Under the pieces are notes generated by a model. It was not told where the DNA came from. It was given only the letters and a program-made list of their open reading frames with translations, and ran no database searches. A stretch of DNA of 64,000 nt, taken from contig JAZUND010000019.1 of the NCBI GenBank assembly GCA_045603965.1, forward strand, positions 312-64,311, given 5' to 3'. Both the position numbers and the translations under genes were made by a program. The stretch is from Candidatus Nanosyncoccus sp. (lineage in GTDB: Bacteria > Patescibacteriota > Saccharimonadia > Saccharimonadales > Saccharimonadaceae). Of this stretch, positions 45,773 to 56,862 are shown piece by piece; position 1 is the first letter of the stretch; every line of letters begins with the position of its first letter.

Positions 45773-46738
45773 TTACGCTCCCGCATGTAGTTTTGCAAAC
45801 TTTTCTGATTTCTTATCGAGTTCCTTCATCTCGCTTTCAGTTGGCATATCATCTATACCAGACTTGATATAATTACGCAACACGCCAATCAATATAAATG
45901 GTCTCACGAATACCGATTGCAACATTGACCACATAATCACACCTACTATCGCTGAACACACTAAGCTAAGCGAAGTTACATTATATACAAACTCCGGTAG
46001 CTCCGAGGCATCTTCTGCCGTTTCGATAATCGCTTGGCTAAGTTCTGTCATCGCACCGGGCATCAGCTGAGTAATCAAGAAAGAAATACCGAAAAACACA
46101 CCGCCAATTATAACAAAAGAAAGCAAGCTAATACCAAATACTCTGCCCAAATTCTTCATCAATGTCTTGCCATGCTTAAAGAACAATACCGCGCCCTCGC
46201 AAGTTGCCTTTGTTGCACTTTCGTCTTTGCGGTAAAACACCCAGCCCAAACAACAATCGCAAAGATATGCCACTACCGTATCAATCACGCCAGATATTGT
46301 ACTTCCTACAGTTCCTCCTGCATCACCACCAACAGCTCGTCCTACCGCAGTTATTCCAGCACCAATCTGCCTAAATACTCCACGAATCGCACCAGTCACT
46401 ACGTAGTAAGCAGCCACTGTCGCAAATCGCTCTTTCACAATCTTCTTGCCAGCCGCCACAGTATCTTCCGGCAACTTACCCTTAACTACGCCTTCTGTCA
46501 TCATCGCAATCTGTCCAGCTTTATAAGTATAAGCCACAAAATGGACTATTAAATACGCACAAACTCCGCCGAGTACCGCGCCAATCGCTAGCCCAATGAG
46601 CGCTTGGTCAGAAGTGCCATTTGCTACCGCAAACCCTGCTGCTGCAAATCCCGCAAACGCCGCAAACGCAATTACATCCCACAGTAATCGCCAAAGCGAA
46701 AACTTTATTGTCTTTTTATATATAGTCTTATTATCCAT
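45773..46738 (-). CDS. Hypothetical membrane protein
   Basis: 321-aa ORF with several hydrophobic helices; SD AAAGGA. Confidence 0.8.
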   Translation of the reverse strand: MDNKTIYKKTIKFSLWRLLWDVIAFAAFAGFAAAGFAVANGTSDQALIGLAIGAVLGGVCAYLIVHFVAYTYKAGQIAMMTEGVVKGKLPEDTVAAGKKIVKERFATVAAYYVVTGAIRGVFRQIGAGITAVGRAVGGDAGGTVGSTISGVIDTVVAYLCDCCLGWVFYRKDESATKATCEGAVLFFKHGKTLMKNLGRVFGISLLSFVIIGGVFFGISFLITQLMPGAMTELSQAIIETAEDASELPEFVYNVTSLSLVCSAIVGVIMWSMLQSVFVRPFILIGVLRNYIKSGIDDMPTESEMKELDKKSEKFAKLHAGA

Positions 46739-46810
46739 AATTATTCCTTTTATTACTATTATTATAACATAATCCTTCGCGTGGCAAAAAGACCCTTGGC
46801 GGGCCTTTTC

Positions 46811-46915
46811 TTAGCGACCATTTTTAAGTCTTGGATGTTTCCTTTTGTCGCTGTGCTTATGATTATTGTTACGATTTTGCTTCGCAACCGGTTTAAACGT
46901 AAATTTTCTTGCCAT
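46811..46915 (-). CDS. Small basic protein, 34 aa (MARKFTFKPVAKQNRNNNHKHSDKRKHPRLKNGR)
   Basis: TGATATAAT 6 nt before the ATG (leaderless); hairpin plus T-tract right after the TAA. Confidence 0.55.
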   Translation of the reverse strand: MARKFTFKPVAKQNRNNNHKHSDKRKHPRLKNGR

Positions 46916-46965
46916 ACTATCATTATATCACATCCTCCCCAATTTGTGTTATAATATAAAAAGGT

Positions 46966-47040
46966 GGAGCCGTCGTTCAACGGATAGGACCCAGACCCTC
47001 TAAGTCTGCGATACAGGTTCGATTCCTGTCGGCTCTACCA
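46966..47040 (+). tRNA. tRNA-Arg (TCT)
   Basis: Acceptor GGAGCCG/CGGCTCT, anticodon arm CAGAC-CCTCTAA-GTCTG, CCA. Confidence 0.88.
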
Positions 47041-47105
47041 TTTTTGTTGTCGCTGGTTCGAACGGAGCGAAGCGACGTCCTATTTCCAGCCGGGCCTACC
47101 ATTTT

Positions 47106-48203
47106 TTATAACGTATCCGTATCCAAAACCACATAAAATCTGTAGTCTGGATACATTTTTTTTGCTCGGCTGTGGATTTCCTTACATTTTTTCTCAACTT
47201 CCTTCTCGCTAAAATCAAAAATTAAGTCAAACGACACGATTTTCTCATCTTCGTCCACATAAAATCCATGCATTTGCTTCACGGTCTGATATTCTTCAAC
47301 TATTTCTCCAACCTGTTTTTTCATCTTCTTCGCGAGCCCGCTATCATTCGCCGCGTACACACCAAGCGTCAAAATAATCCCAAATTTTTCATATATTTCC
47401 ACCTCAATTTTACGTGACAACCTATGAATCTCGCGGGTTTTTAGCCCATCCCCTATCTGAATATGCGCGCTTGCAATTATTTTATTTGGTCCATAATTAT
47501 GCAACGCCAAATCATACACCCCTTGCACCTCGCTATATGCCAAAATCGTTTTGCGTACCTTTTTCACCAGTTCATCGTCCGCCCTCATGCCAATAATATC
47601 GTTCACCGCATCCTTCAAAATCTCCATCGCCGTCCGAACTATCATTATCGCAATCAAAATGCCAATATAACCCTCTAAGCTCACATGCCAAATACAACTA
47701 ATCACCGCACCTACGAAAACCGAAAACGATAATGCCGCATCCGAAATCGCATCCACACCACTCGCACGTAAACTTCCAGAATGTAGCAATTCACCTTTTC
47801 TTTTCACATAACGTCCAAAGAAAAACTTCACTATTACAGCTACCAAGATAATTATTAACGCTGCAACCGAATAATCAGCCTCCTCCGGATCAACAATTTT
47901 CATTACAGATTCTCGCAAAGCCATCACGCCAGCCACTAGCACAATCATCGCCACGATAAATGCGGAAAAATATTCCACTCTCCCATAGCCAAACGGATGT
48001 TTTGCGTCCGGCTTGCGCTCGGACAATTTTTGTCCGATAATCGTCACAATTGAAGATAATGCATCAGTAAAATTATTTACTGCATCCAAAATAATAGAAA
48101 TAGAATTAACAATTAGCCCCACCGCCATTTTAAAGCCCACCAAAATTAAATTTACCGCAATTCCCTGCAGACTAACTTTGACGATTTCTTTACCACGTTT
48201 CAC
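47106..48203 (-). CDS. Cation diffusion facilitator transporter
   Basis: DAVNNFTD, PDAKHPFGYGRVEY, DAISD, VYDLALHNYGP; GTG start. Confidence 0.92.
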   Translation of the reverse strand: MKRGKEIVKVSLQGIAVNLILVGFKMAVGLIVNSISIILDAVNNFTDALSSIVTIIGQKLSERKPDAKHPFGYGRVEYFSAFIVAMIVLVAGVMALRESVMKIVDPEEADYSVAALIIILVAVIVKFFFGRYVKRKGELLHSGSLRASGVDAISDAALSFSVFVGAVISCIWHVSLEGYIGILIAIMIVRTAMEILKDAVNDIIGMRADDELVKKVRKTILAYSEVQGVYDLALHNYGPNKIIASAHIQIGDGLKTREIHRLSRKIEVEIYEKFGIILTLGVYAANDSGLAKKMKKQVGEIVEEYQTVKQMHGFYVDEDEKIVSFDLIFDFSEKEVEKKCKEIHSRAKKMYPDYRFYVVLDTDTL

Positions 48204-48205
48204 TT

Positions 48206-48907
48206 TTATTCCGCATTCGCATAAACGTTTGTTACGTCATCCAAATCATCTACCGCCGAAAGCAACTTTTCTAGTTTTTCCGCAGCTTCACCCTCCACCG
48301 GCACATACGACGAAGGCACGTATTGTAATTCGGCCGAAGTAACTGTCATCCCTGCATCCACCAAAGCCTGGCGCACTTTCATTAAGTCCGAAGAAGCTGT
48401 ATAAATCATCGTTCCGTCATCTTCATCCGCCACATCTTCCGCACCGGCTTCCAGAGCCGTCATCATGACTTCATCTCCTTTTTCCGAAATCTCAATTACG
48501 CCTTTCCTTGCAAACTGAAACATCACCGAACCTGGCTCTGCCATTCGTCCACCATTTTTGTCCAAAGTATGACGCACTTCCGGCATTGTGCGATTTTTAT
48601 TGTCCGTTGCCACCTCAATAATAATCCCCACTCCACCAGGACCATATGCTTCATACACTTCCTCAATTAACGCCGCCGCCGACTTATCTGCGACCCTCGC
48701 AATCGCCCGCTCAATATTCGCTTTCGGCATATTCGCGAGGCGCGCCTTCTCTAAAACCATCGCAAGAGACGGGTTCATTGCTGGATCCGTCCCCGCTCGC
48801 GCCGCAATTGCAATTTGATTCCCTATCTTCGTAAAAAGCGCTCCACGTTTTGCATCCACTACTGCCTTCTGGCGCTTCGTCGTTGCCCATTTACTATGTC
48901 CAGACAT
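48206..48907 (-). CDS. YebC/PmpR family protein
   Basis: MSGHSKWATTKRQK, YEAYGPGG, TDNKNRT, DDLDDVTNVYAN. Confidence 0.95.
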   Translation of the reverse strand: MSGHSKWATTKRQKAVVDAKRGALFTKIGNQIAIAARAGTDPAMNPSLAMVLEKARLANMPKANIERAIARVADKSAAALIEEVYEAYGPGGVGIIIEVATDNKNRTMPEVRHTLDKNGGRMAEPGSVMFQFARKGVIEISEKGDEVMMTALEAGAEDVADEDDGTMIYTASSDLMKVRQALVDAGMTVTSAELQYVPSSYVPVEGEAAEKLEKLLSAVDDLDDVTNVYANAE

Positions 48908-48911
48908 AAAA

Positions 48912-50375
48912 CTACTCCAATTTATATTTAACTTCCCTTAATTTTACCATTTTCCCCCACAAAAGTAAAATCACGACCGGCACGTACAAAGAAAAAACCC
49001 ATACTTGCCCTGCTGGCATTTTTACTAAAAACTCTGGCATTCCTCCGAACCATCCTACCACTGCAATATGAAAAGAAAGTAGCGTCTTAGCACACCACGC
49101 CACCACCATCTCTACACCGGGAAATCCCGTAAACACACCCGTCAAAAATGTAAGTCCCATTGCGTAAGACAATGTTGGCAAAATCAGCAGATTTGCTACT
49201 ACCGAAATCAAAGACACTTGCCCATAATAATACAAAATAATTGGCAACGTCATCACGGTTGCCGCCAGGGTTGTTATTATCGTCTCGCTCACGAATCCTG
49301 GCTTTCTCGTCCCCCAAAAAATCTTCGTCAATCTCGGTCCCACCAACATTATCCCCGCATAACTTGCGAATGATAACATCCAGCCCATGTTCATCACAAA
49401 ATTTGGCTCCACCATTAGCGTCAACGCCATCACCATAATAATCATCCTAAGTGGCGCAATTTTTCGCCCCACATATCCAGCCACTAAAGTCAGTATCGCC
49501 ATCACTCCCGCTCGCATGATTGACGGCGTCCATCCCACCAATATCATAAACATCACGATAAATAGCCCCGAAAATAACACGCCACTAAGTCTTGAAATTC
49601 TTCCAAAAATCTTTTTTGCAATCTCCACCAATATCGCAAGATGCGCCCCACTCGCCACCACGATATGCGTAAGGCCAACCGTCCGTAAATTTTCATTCAA
49701 ATCATCCGGCAGCCCAGATTTCATTCCCAAAAGATACGATAACCCAAGTGAGACTTCTGGCTCTGGTATCAACTGACGTATTCTTTCCGCAAACCAATCC
49801 CTCACCTTTATAATTAAATTCCCTGGCTCTGGCTTCAGATGTCGAACCACTTTTGGCCTCCACATGTACCCAGCATAAGTCCCAAACCCCATCCCCATTT
49901 TCCCTTCTAACACCACCGTATCACCACGCCTCAAATTCTCATTTTTCTTACTCGACACATATATGCTCCCTTTACTTTCTATTTTCTCCTCTCCAAATTT
50001 TAGCTCGGTTAGTTTATATTTTGTTTCGCCGTCATCAGTTTCCGGATCACCATTAATGGTTCCTTCCACCACCACATTAGAGTCTACTAGTCGCCAAATA
50101 TAATCTTCGCCTTTTAGTTCTTCCGACACTCTGAAAAATGCCAGCACCATCCCAGCTAACAACGCCACAATCACGAATACCAACTTCGGCTTCAAATATG
50201 CTATTACTAGCAATATCATCGCTAGCACGCACCACCATACCGATCCAAAATAATTCATTCGAAGCACCAATCCTAATATCACCCCAGCTAAAATCCCTAC
50301 GCATAGAAAAACTACAAAATACGATTGATGTATATTTTGCCACAACACACGCACCATTTTTCGCATATGCCACAT
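48912..50375 (-). CDS. comEC: ComEC/Rec2 family competence membrane channel
   Basis: GLTHIVVASGAHL, PSIMRAGVM, GWMLSFAS, SVVANLLILP; no metallo-beta-lactamase domain. Confidence 0.9.
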   Translation of the reverse strand: MWHMRKMVRVLWQNIHQSYFVVFLCVGILAGVILGLVLRMNYFGSVWWCVLAMILLVIAYLKPKLVFVIVALLAGMVLAFFRVSEELKGEDYIWRLVDSNVVVEGTINGDPETDDGETKYKLTELKFGEEKIESKGSIYVSSKKNENLRRGDTVVLEGKMGMGFGTYAGYMWRPKVVRHLKPEPGNLIIKVRDWFAERIRQLIPEPEVSLGLSYLLGMKSGLPDDLNENLRTVGLTHIVVASGAHLAILVEIAKKIFGRISRLSGVLFSGLFIVMFMILVGWTPSIMRAGVMAILTLVAGYVGRKIAPLRMIIMVMALTLMVEPNFVMNMGWMLSFASYAGIMLVGPRLTKIFWGTRKPGFVSETIITTLAATVMTLPIILYYYGQVSLISVVANLLILPTLSYAMGLTFLTGVFTGFPGVEMVVAWCAKTLLSFHIAVVGWFGGMPEFLVKMPAGQVWVFSLYVPVVILLLWGKMVKLREVKYKLE

Positions 50376-50446
50376 CTATCATAGTCATCCGTTTTTTACA
50401 ACCCCCCACTAGCGCCAAAGATGAAAATATGCTATAATTCAGTCAC

Positions 50447-50523
50447 GCACTCGTAGCTCAGTGGATTAGAGCACTTGTCTTCGGAACAAGGGGTCGTGGG
50501 TTCGAATCCCTCCGAGTGTACCA
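50447..50523 (+). tRNA. tRNA-Arg (TCG)
   Basis: Anticodon arm CTTGT-CTTCGGA-ACAAG, CCA. Confidence 0.93.
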
Positions 50524-50536
50524 AGCACATCTCTTC

Positions 50537-50613
<77 letters not shown>

Positions 50614-50646
50614 ATCCCTCAAAGTGTGCTATAATATACAACACGT

Positions 50647-50723
50647 GGTACCGTAGCTCAGATGGTTAGAGCGTGGGACTCATAAGCCCAAGGTCACTGG
50701 TTCGATCCCAGTCGGTACTACCA
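50647..50723 (+). tRNA. CAT-anticodon tRNA (elongator Met or Ile2; not resolved)
   Basis: Acceptor GGTACCG/CGGTACT, loop CTCATAA, own TGCTATAAT promoter. Confidence 0.85.
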
Positions 50724-50817
50724 TTTTTTATGTCCATTTTTTCACACCCCGAACCGATGCCCTCGTCCATTTCGTCAATATCCCCATTCATCAAACCAAT
50801 ATGCTATAATATAAAAT

Positions 50818-51261
50818 ATGCGTAACAAAAAAGGCCTCACCTTTTTAGAAGTCTTAATTATCCTCATTTTTCTTGCTACCCTAGTCGTAGCGTTTTTTAT
50901 TCAACAATCTAGTCTTGCCGCCGCACATCGTGATGATGAACGCAAAACTTCTATCAATGCTATCTATTATGCTCTTGAAGAAAGTTTTTACCCTACTCAC
51001 GGCTATTATCCAGAATATATTTCAGAATCTAATCTCACTGTCATAGACCCATCATCTTTTACTGACCCATCAGGTTATCAACTCGGCGACCCTGTCAGCT
51101 CTTACTCTTACCGTCCAGCCAACTGTTATCTTGGTCGTTGTCAAGAGTATATTCTCTCCTCTACGCTAGAATTAGAAGAAACCTACTCCAAATACAGTCG
51201 CACTACCGAGCAACATCTAGAAAATGTTCCAGAAGAATCCCCCAACGAACAGCAATCCTAA
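50818..51261 (+). CDS. Type IV pilin / pseudopilin-like protein
   Basis: Class III signal KKG|LTFLEVLI, hydrophobic helix, RDDERK, terminal Cys pair. Confidence 0.8.
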   Translation: MRNKKGLTFLEVLIILIFLATLVVAFFIQQSSLAAAHRDDERKTSINAIYYALEESFYPTHGYYPEYISESNLTVIDPSSFTDPSGYQLGDPVSSYSYRPANCYLGRCQEYILSSTLELEETYSKYSRTTEQHLENVPEESPNEQQS

Positions 51262-51836
51262 TCTTTAGTCCGATTTTTCTTTTCTTTCGCCGTAGTAATC
51301 AATTTAGATATTGCATTTAAATCGTGCGCCGATATATCCGCATACGGAAAAGTATACGTCGTCTCGTCGCCTACCGTTGACAGTCTCAAAGTTCCATAAT
51401 GCAAAAATGCCTGCAAAAATCCACTTTGATGGAAACTTGCATCTTCCACCGATGGTAAATCTATAATATTCACCGACTTCGCCATTGGTGATTTTTTTAC
51501 AATCTGGATAACATGTTTATTAGTTATATACATCACATTACCACGAAATACCATTGCCGCCACTACGCCAAACACCAACCCAATCAAAATGATAATTACA
51601 AGAAGCACATACATAAAATTCCGCCCCGCCGCATCTATTGACGCCTGTCCTAGTAACACCATTAAGAAAGCAAATAGTACTACAGCAAGTCCACCTGCCA
51701 CCGCTCCAAATACCAACATATAACAAATCTTCGCCCGCTTAAAAGCAAACTCCACCCATTCATCATCTTCAAGTTTCAGAAAAGGAAAATCTTTTTCGCT
51801 TCTTGCGTGTCTTATTTTCGCCAAATCTTCGTTCAT
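51258..51836 (-). CDS. Membrane protein with bacterial PH domain
   Basis: Two TM helices then YITNKHVIQI, VEDASFHQSGFL..FLHYGTLRLST. Confidence 0.75.
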   Translation of the reverse strand: MNEDLAKIRHARSEKDFPFLKLEDDEWVEFAFKRAKICYMLVFGAVAGGLAVVLFAFLMVLLGQASIDAAGRNFMYVLLVIIILIGLVFGVVAAMVFRGNVMYITNKHVIQIVKKSPMAKSVNIIDLPSVEDASFHQSGFLQAFLHYGTLRLSTVGDETTYTFPYADISAHDLNAISKLITTAKEKKNRTKD

Positions 51837-51883
51837 CCTTCTCCTTTCAAGAATTACACTCTATACTTTTATTATATCACATT

Positions 51884-52891
51884 TTATTGATTTTGTAAAT
51901 GTTTTCTTCCCTTTTCTGTCACGACTCTGCCTTTCGGTGTTCGCGCTAAAAGCCCAAGCTGTAATAAATACGGTTCATAAAAATCCTCAATCGTTGCCGC
52001 CTCATCACCAGTTAGGGCTGCTATCGTCGTAAGCCCTACCGGTCTTTCGCCATAGTTCTCCCACATTAGCCGGAGCATGTTTCTATCTGCCGGATCAAGC
52101 CCCAAATAGTCAATCTCCATCAACGCCAATGCACTTTTCGCAATTTTCGTGTCAATAATTCCATCTCCATTTACATCTGCATAATCTCTCACGCGTTTAA
52201 AAATGCGATTCGCAATCCGCGGCGTCAACCGCGATCTAGTCGCAAGTAACTCTGTGGCCTCGGGCTCAATTCTCGTGTTCAAAATCCCCGCCGTCCGCGT
52301 AATAATTTGCTCAATTTCTGGCTCCTTATAATACTCCAGCCGATGAATAATTCCAAATCTATCCCTAAGCGGCCCCGCAAGCGAGCCAGTTCGCGTCGTT
52401 GCTCCTATCACTGTAAAATGCGGTAAATCCAACCTCACACTTCGCGCCGCCGGGCCTTTCCCTATCACAATATCTAACTTATAATCCTCCATCGCTGAAT
52501 ATAGCACTTCCTCCACCGCCCGACGCAACCGATGGATTTCATCAATAAACAACACATCACCATCCTTCAGATTCGTCAAAATCGAAGCAAGATCTCCAGC
52601 ACGTTCTATTGCCGGCCCACTCGTCACCCGAAGTGACGCGCCAAGTTCACGCGCAATCACTCCCGCCATCGTTGTTTTGCCAAGTCCTGGAGGACCATAC
52701 AATAATACATGATCGAGCGTATGCCCGTCATTGCGTTTCTTCACCGCATCTATCGCCAACCGTAAATTACTTTTGAGATGTTCCTGCCCAATATATTCCT
52801 CAAAAGTCGTCGGACGAAGTGAAATTTCAATTCGCTCCTCATCCGCATCATTTAAATCCGCCGTCGGCTCCACTAATCTTTCAATTGCCAT
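51884..52891 (-). CDS. ruvB: Holliday junction branch migration helicase RuvB
   Basis: [49 protein letters not shown]. Confidence 0.97.
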   Translation of the reverse strand: MAIERLVEPTADLNDADEERIEISLRPTTFEEYIGQEHLKSNLRLAIDAVKKRNDGHTLDHVLLYGPPGLGKTTMAGVIARELGASLRVTSGPAIERAGDLASILTNLKDGDVLFIDEIHRLRRAVEEVLYSAMEDYKLDIVIGKGPAARSVRLDLPHFTVIGATTRTGSLAGPLRDRFGIIHRLEYYKEPEIEQIITRTAGILNTRIEPEATELLATRSRLTPRIANRIFKRVRDYADVNGDGIIDTKIAKSALALMEIDYLGLDPADRNMLRLMWENYGERPVGLTTIAALTGDEAATIEDFYEPYLLQLGLLARTPKGRVVTEKGRKHLQNQ

Positions 52892-54831
52892 TACCAGCCA
52901 CCTCCCCCTCCACCGCCTCCGCCCCCTCCAGAGAATCCTCCCCCTCCTCCACCAGAAGACCCAGATGACGATCCTCCACTCCCACTTGACATTGTAGTCG
53001 CACTCCTCGAATACGAAGATGCGAGCGTCGATGCATAGTGCAAATCTCTCACTGTGAATCCATTTCTATGCCACTCTGGCTCAGTCACCCCCTCAAGTTT
53101 ATAATACTTCTCTAGTTCTGCCATCCACGATTCTTCCAGCCCTAATACTGCCGCATATGGCAACAGTTTTTCATACAACCGCACCACCCCTTCGCTAGAC
53201 ACATCCGCTCCCTTCACGCTCTGCAACATTTTCAACCTCTCCGCCTCTGCCATCCCAATGTATAATTTCGACCCATCCATATATCGCGATGTTTCAAGTC
53301 CTTTTTTCGTCCGTACCACATATTTATCCGTCTTGGAATACAGCAAACTCCATATCACAATCGCCATTATTATCATCACTATAAGTACTGACGAAAACAC
53401 ATTTTCTCCTACCACATATCCTCTCAATAACCCATTATCCCGCAATGTTTCATAGAACATAATTATTCCGAAAAATACAAAACACATCACTACAGAAATT
53501 ACTACTACCATCGTCCCCGTCGACGCATTTCGTCCAACCGATTTATACTTTTCCTCTACTAGCCCATCTTTTTTCAGTTCAGCTATTATCTGCTCATCAT
53601 ATTTTCGTCCTAGTGCCACCAATCTCGACGTCGCCACTTGCGCCTTAATCTCCACCTCATCCCCTACCTCCGGTACCCACCCACCATTCATTATCGCAAG
53701 TAGCGTTCTTGCTTCCTCACTCACTCCATCAAGACTCAAAACCATCGCCTTCCATCCCTTCTTCCTATTTTCCCCCGTCTTCGCCAAGGCAATCTTCTTT
53801 CTCACTATCATATCAAGCAGTACCGCCACTTTCGCATCTTTCTTCTTTCCAATATACACTTCCGCCATCTCTGCCACGGTATAATCAGGGTTCGGCTGAT
53901 ATTCTGGCTTTATAAACATCTTTTTATAATACTCTCGTTTCTCCTTCGCTTTTCTGTAGCGTCTCACCGGTCCTAGCACCGTAAACAGCATCAACCCCAT
54001 TCCTACCGCCGTCAGTATCCACACGAGTGTATAATTCTTTGCTGGCTCCAGCACCACGAAAGTCCCCGCCTTAAGTTCCACATCAAAAGTCAAGTTCTCA
54101 TATCCTCTCACTCCGCTAGTCGTAAATTCCACCCCATCATCAATCTTAACGATAGTACACCTATCTTGCCCGCTCTCACCATATCTCCCCACATAGCACC
54201 AACTCTTACCAGTAAAACCATTTAACACCCTGTCCACAAAATGCACTCTCGCCGTCACTTTATCAAATCTCTGCGTCCAACTCGTCCCGTTCGTATCCCA
54301 ATATAACTCCTGGAACATTTTTTCCACATTTTGTCCGCTCACATTATTCCCCTCCGCATCAAACTCTGTCACAACATTCGCAAAATCATATTCTAATACA
54401 TAAACCTGTTTCCCTTGCACATACTTCGCCGCATCCCCAATTCGAATATAAAAATAATTATCTTCCACTCCCATATTACTCACCGGCTCGTATTCCCCGT
54501 TTCTTGTCACCTTAAGGTTCAATGCCTCGTAATCCGCCACTGTCATATTTATTCCACCCTGATTTGTAAATGGTATGTATCTTTCTATTCCATGATTTTG
54601 ATTCGTTCCTGGAAACACCGCCGTCAACACTTCTTTCACATGTAGCCGACTCGTCCCGTCCTCCGCTTTGCTGAGATAATAATCCCCCGTAAAATCCTCA
54701 AAATAAAAATTATTTACATCGGCAAAAACATTCGCACTGCCAAATATGCCCACTAGCATCACGCATACTACACCTAATACCTCGCACCACTTTTTCATAC
54801 CATATATTATAACACGCACCACTCTTATCAC
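52891..54831 (-). CDS. DUF2207-type membrane protein with Gly/Ser-rich tail
   Basis: [48 protein letters not shown]. The true start is probably the internal MKKW. Confidence 0.85.
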   Translation of the reverse strand: MIRVVRVIIYGMKKWCEVLGVVCVMLVGIFGSANVFADVNNFYFEDFTGDYYLSKAEDGTSRLHVKEVLTAVFPGTNQNHGIERYIPFTNQGGINMTVADYEALNLKVTRNGEYEPVSNMGVEDNYFYIRIGDAAKYVQGKQVYVLEYDFANVVTEFDAEGNNVSGQNVEKMFQELYWDTNGTSWTQRFDKVTARVHFVDRVLNGFTGKSWCYVGRYGESGQDRCTIVKIDDGVEFTTSGVRGYENLTFDVELKAGTFVVLEPAKNYTLVWILTAVGMGLMLFTVLGPVRRYRKAKEKREYYKKMFIKPEYQPNPDYTVAEMAEVYIGKKKDAKVAVLLDMIVRKKIALAKTGENRKKGWKAMVLSLDGVSEEARTLLAIMNGGWVPEVGDEVEIKAQVATSRLVALGRKYDEQIIAELKKDGLVEEKYKSVGRNASTGTMVVVISVVMCFVFFGIIMFYETLRDNGLLRGYVVGENVFSSVLIVMIIMAIVIWSLLYSKTDKYVVRTKKGLETSRYMDGSKLYIGMAEAERLKMLQSVKGADVSSEGVVRLYEKLLPYAAVLGLEESWMAELEKYYKLEGVTEPEWHRNGFTVRDLHYASTLASSYSRSATTMSSGSGGSSSGSSGGGGGGFSGGGGGGGGGGGW

Positions 54832-54847
54832 AATAACAATTCTTTAA

Positions 54848-54921
54848 TTAGCACTATTGACAATACAGTGCCAGTTTGCTACAATAGAGTCATATTAGCA
54901 CTCAACGTCAATGAGTGCCAA
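54848..54921 (+). promoter_or_regulatory. dnaK promoter with two CIRCE elements
   Basis: TTAGCACTA-N9-CAGTGCCAG (54848-54874) over TTGACA-17-TACAAT; TTAGCACTC-N9-GAGTGCCAA (54895-54921). Confidence 0.85.
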
Positions 54922-54955
54922 CATGAACCAAGAAATCTAAACAGGAGAATATAAT

Positions 54956-56845
54956 ATGAGCAAAATCATTGGTATTGACCTCGGCACCACCAACTCAGCA
55001 TTTGCCTACATGGTTGCCGGCAAGCCAGAAGTTATTACTAATGCCGAGGGCGACCGCACTACGCCATCCGTAGTGGCCGTCACCAAAAAAGGCGAACGTC
55101 TTGTTGGTAAAGTCGCTCAACGTCAACGTGTCACCAATCCAAAAAACACTATTTATGGCATCAAGCGCCTTATCGGTCGTAAATTTGAAGACAACGAAGT
55201 CCAGCGCGACGTAGAAATCAGCCCATACAAAATCGTCAAGAAAGGCAACGGCGTAGCTGTCGAAATGGACGGCAAAGAATACACTCCAGAAGAAATCAGT
55301 GCCATGATTCTATCCAAAATCAAGGCCGACGCCGAAGCTTTCCTCGGTGAAAAAGTCACCGAAGCTATCATTACCGTTCCAGCTTACTTCGACGATTCTC
55401 AACGTCAAGCCACCAAAGACGCAGGCAAAATCGCTGGTCTCGAAGTCAAGCGTATTATCAACGAACCTACCGCTGCCGCACTCGCTTACGGTCTCGAGGG
55501 TAAAAAAGACGAAAAAATCGCCGTCTTCGACCTCGGCGGTGGCACCTTCGATGTCAGTATCATGGATATCGGCGATGGTGTGTTTGAAGTTCTTTCCACC
55601 AACGGCGACACCCATCTCGGCGGTGAAGATTTTGACAACATCCTTGTCAACTTCCTCGTCGATCAGTTCAAGCAAGAATCCGGCATCGACATCAAAGGTG
55701 ATGCTGCCGCCATGCAACGTGTCAAAGACGAAGCCGAGAAAGCCAAGAAGGAGCTCAGCTCCAGCACTTCTACCGACATCAACCTTCCATTCCTATCAGC
55801 CGATGCCGATGGTCCAAAGCATTTTGAATACACCCTCACTCGCGCAAAGTTAGAAGAACTCGTCGCTCCACTTCTCGACAGATTGGCTAGCCCAGTCGAA
55901 AAGGCACTAAAAGACGCCAAGCTCGAAACCAAAGACATCGACGAAATCGTCATGGTCGGTGGTATGACTCGTATGCCAGCCGTCGTTGAAAAAGTTAAAA
56001 CCATCTTCGGCAAGGATCCAATGCAAGGCGTCAATCCAGATGAAGTTGTAGCTGTCGGTGCCGCTATTCAAGGGGGCGTCCTTCAGGGCGATGTCAAGGA
56101 CGTATTACTCCTTGATGTCACCCCGCTCACTCTCGGTATCGAAACCATGGGCGGCGTTCGCACTCCCTTAATCGACCGCAACACCACCATCCCGACCAGC
56201 AAATCTGAAGTATTCAGCACTGCCAGCGACAATCAGCCACAAGTAGAGATACACGTTCTCCAAGGCGAACGCGAATTTGCCAAAGACAACAAGTCTCTCG
56301 GACGTTTCATCTTGGATGGTATCGCACCAGCTCCTCGTGGCGTTCCTCAAATTGAGGTCACTTTCAACCTCGACGCAAATGGCATTTTGAATGTCACTGC
56401 CAAGGATAAAGGCACCGGCAAAGAGCAATCTATCACCATCCAGAATTCTGGCAACATGAGCAAAGAAGACATTGAGAAAGCTCAACACGAAGCCGAAATG
56501 CACGCCGAAGAAGACAAGAAAAAGAAGGAAACCATCGACGCTAAGAACCACCTAGAAAATGCTATTTATCAAGCTGAAAAAATGCCTGATGAGTACAAAG
56601 ACAAAATCAGCGACGAAGATAAAGAAACCATCAAGAAAGCAGTTGAAGACGCGAAGAAAACCTTGAGCGAAGAGAACGCTACCAAAGAACAACTCGAACA
56701 GGCCGCCAAGGATCTCTCTGACCGCATCATGCCTATCGGCGCTAAGATGTACCAGCAAGCCTCATCCGACAACACCGACGCCAAAAAAGACGAAGGCAAA
56801 AAAGACGAAGGCGACGCCGTAGAAGGTGAAGTTGTCGACAAATAA
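54956..56845 (+). CDS. dnaK: Chaperone DnaK
   Basis: [55 protein letters not shown]. Confidence 0.99.
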   Translation: MSKIIGIDLGTTNSAFAYMVAGKPEVITNAEGDRTTPSVVAVTKKGERLVGKVAQRQRVTNPKNTIYGIKRLIGRKFEDNEVQRDVEISPYKIVKKGNGVAVEMDGKEYTPEEISAMILSKIKADAEAFLGEKVTEAIITVPAYFDDSQRQATKDAGKIAGLEVKRIINEPTAAALAYGLEGKKDEKIAVFDLGGGTFDVSIMDIGDGVFEVLSTNGDTHLGGEDFDNILVNFLVDQFKQESGIDIKGDAAAMQRVKDEAEKAKKELSSSTSTDINLPFLSADADGPKHFEYTLTRAKLEELVAPLLDRLASPVEKALKDAKLETKDIDEIVMVGGMTRMPAVVEKVKTIFGKDPMQGVNPDEVVAVGAAIQGGVLQGDVKDVLLLDVTPLTLGIETMGGVRTPLIDRNTTIPTSKSEVFSTASDNQPQVEIHVLQGEREFAKDNKSLGRFILDGIAPAPRGVPQIEVTFNLDANGILNVTAKDKGTGKEQSITIQNSGNMSKEDIEKAQHEAEMHAEEDKKKKETIDAKNHLENAIYQAEKMPDEYKDKISDEDKETIKKAVEDAKKTLSEENATKEQLEQAAKDLSDRIMPIGAKMYQQASSDNTDAKKDEGKKDEGDAVEGEVVDK

Positions 56846-56862
56846 TATGCTATAATAGGGGT

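Noticed and set aside
52895-52990. C-rich low-complexity tract
   Set aside because: Encodes the normal Gly/Ser tail of DUF2207-type proteins.
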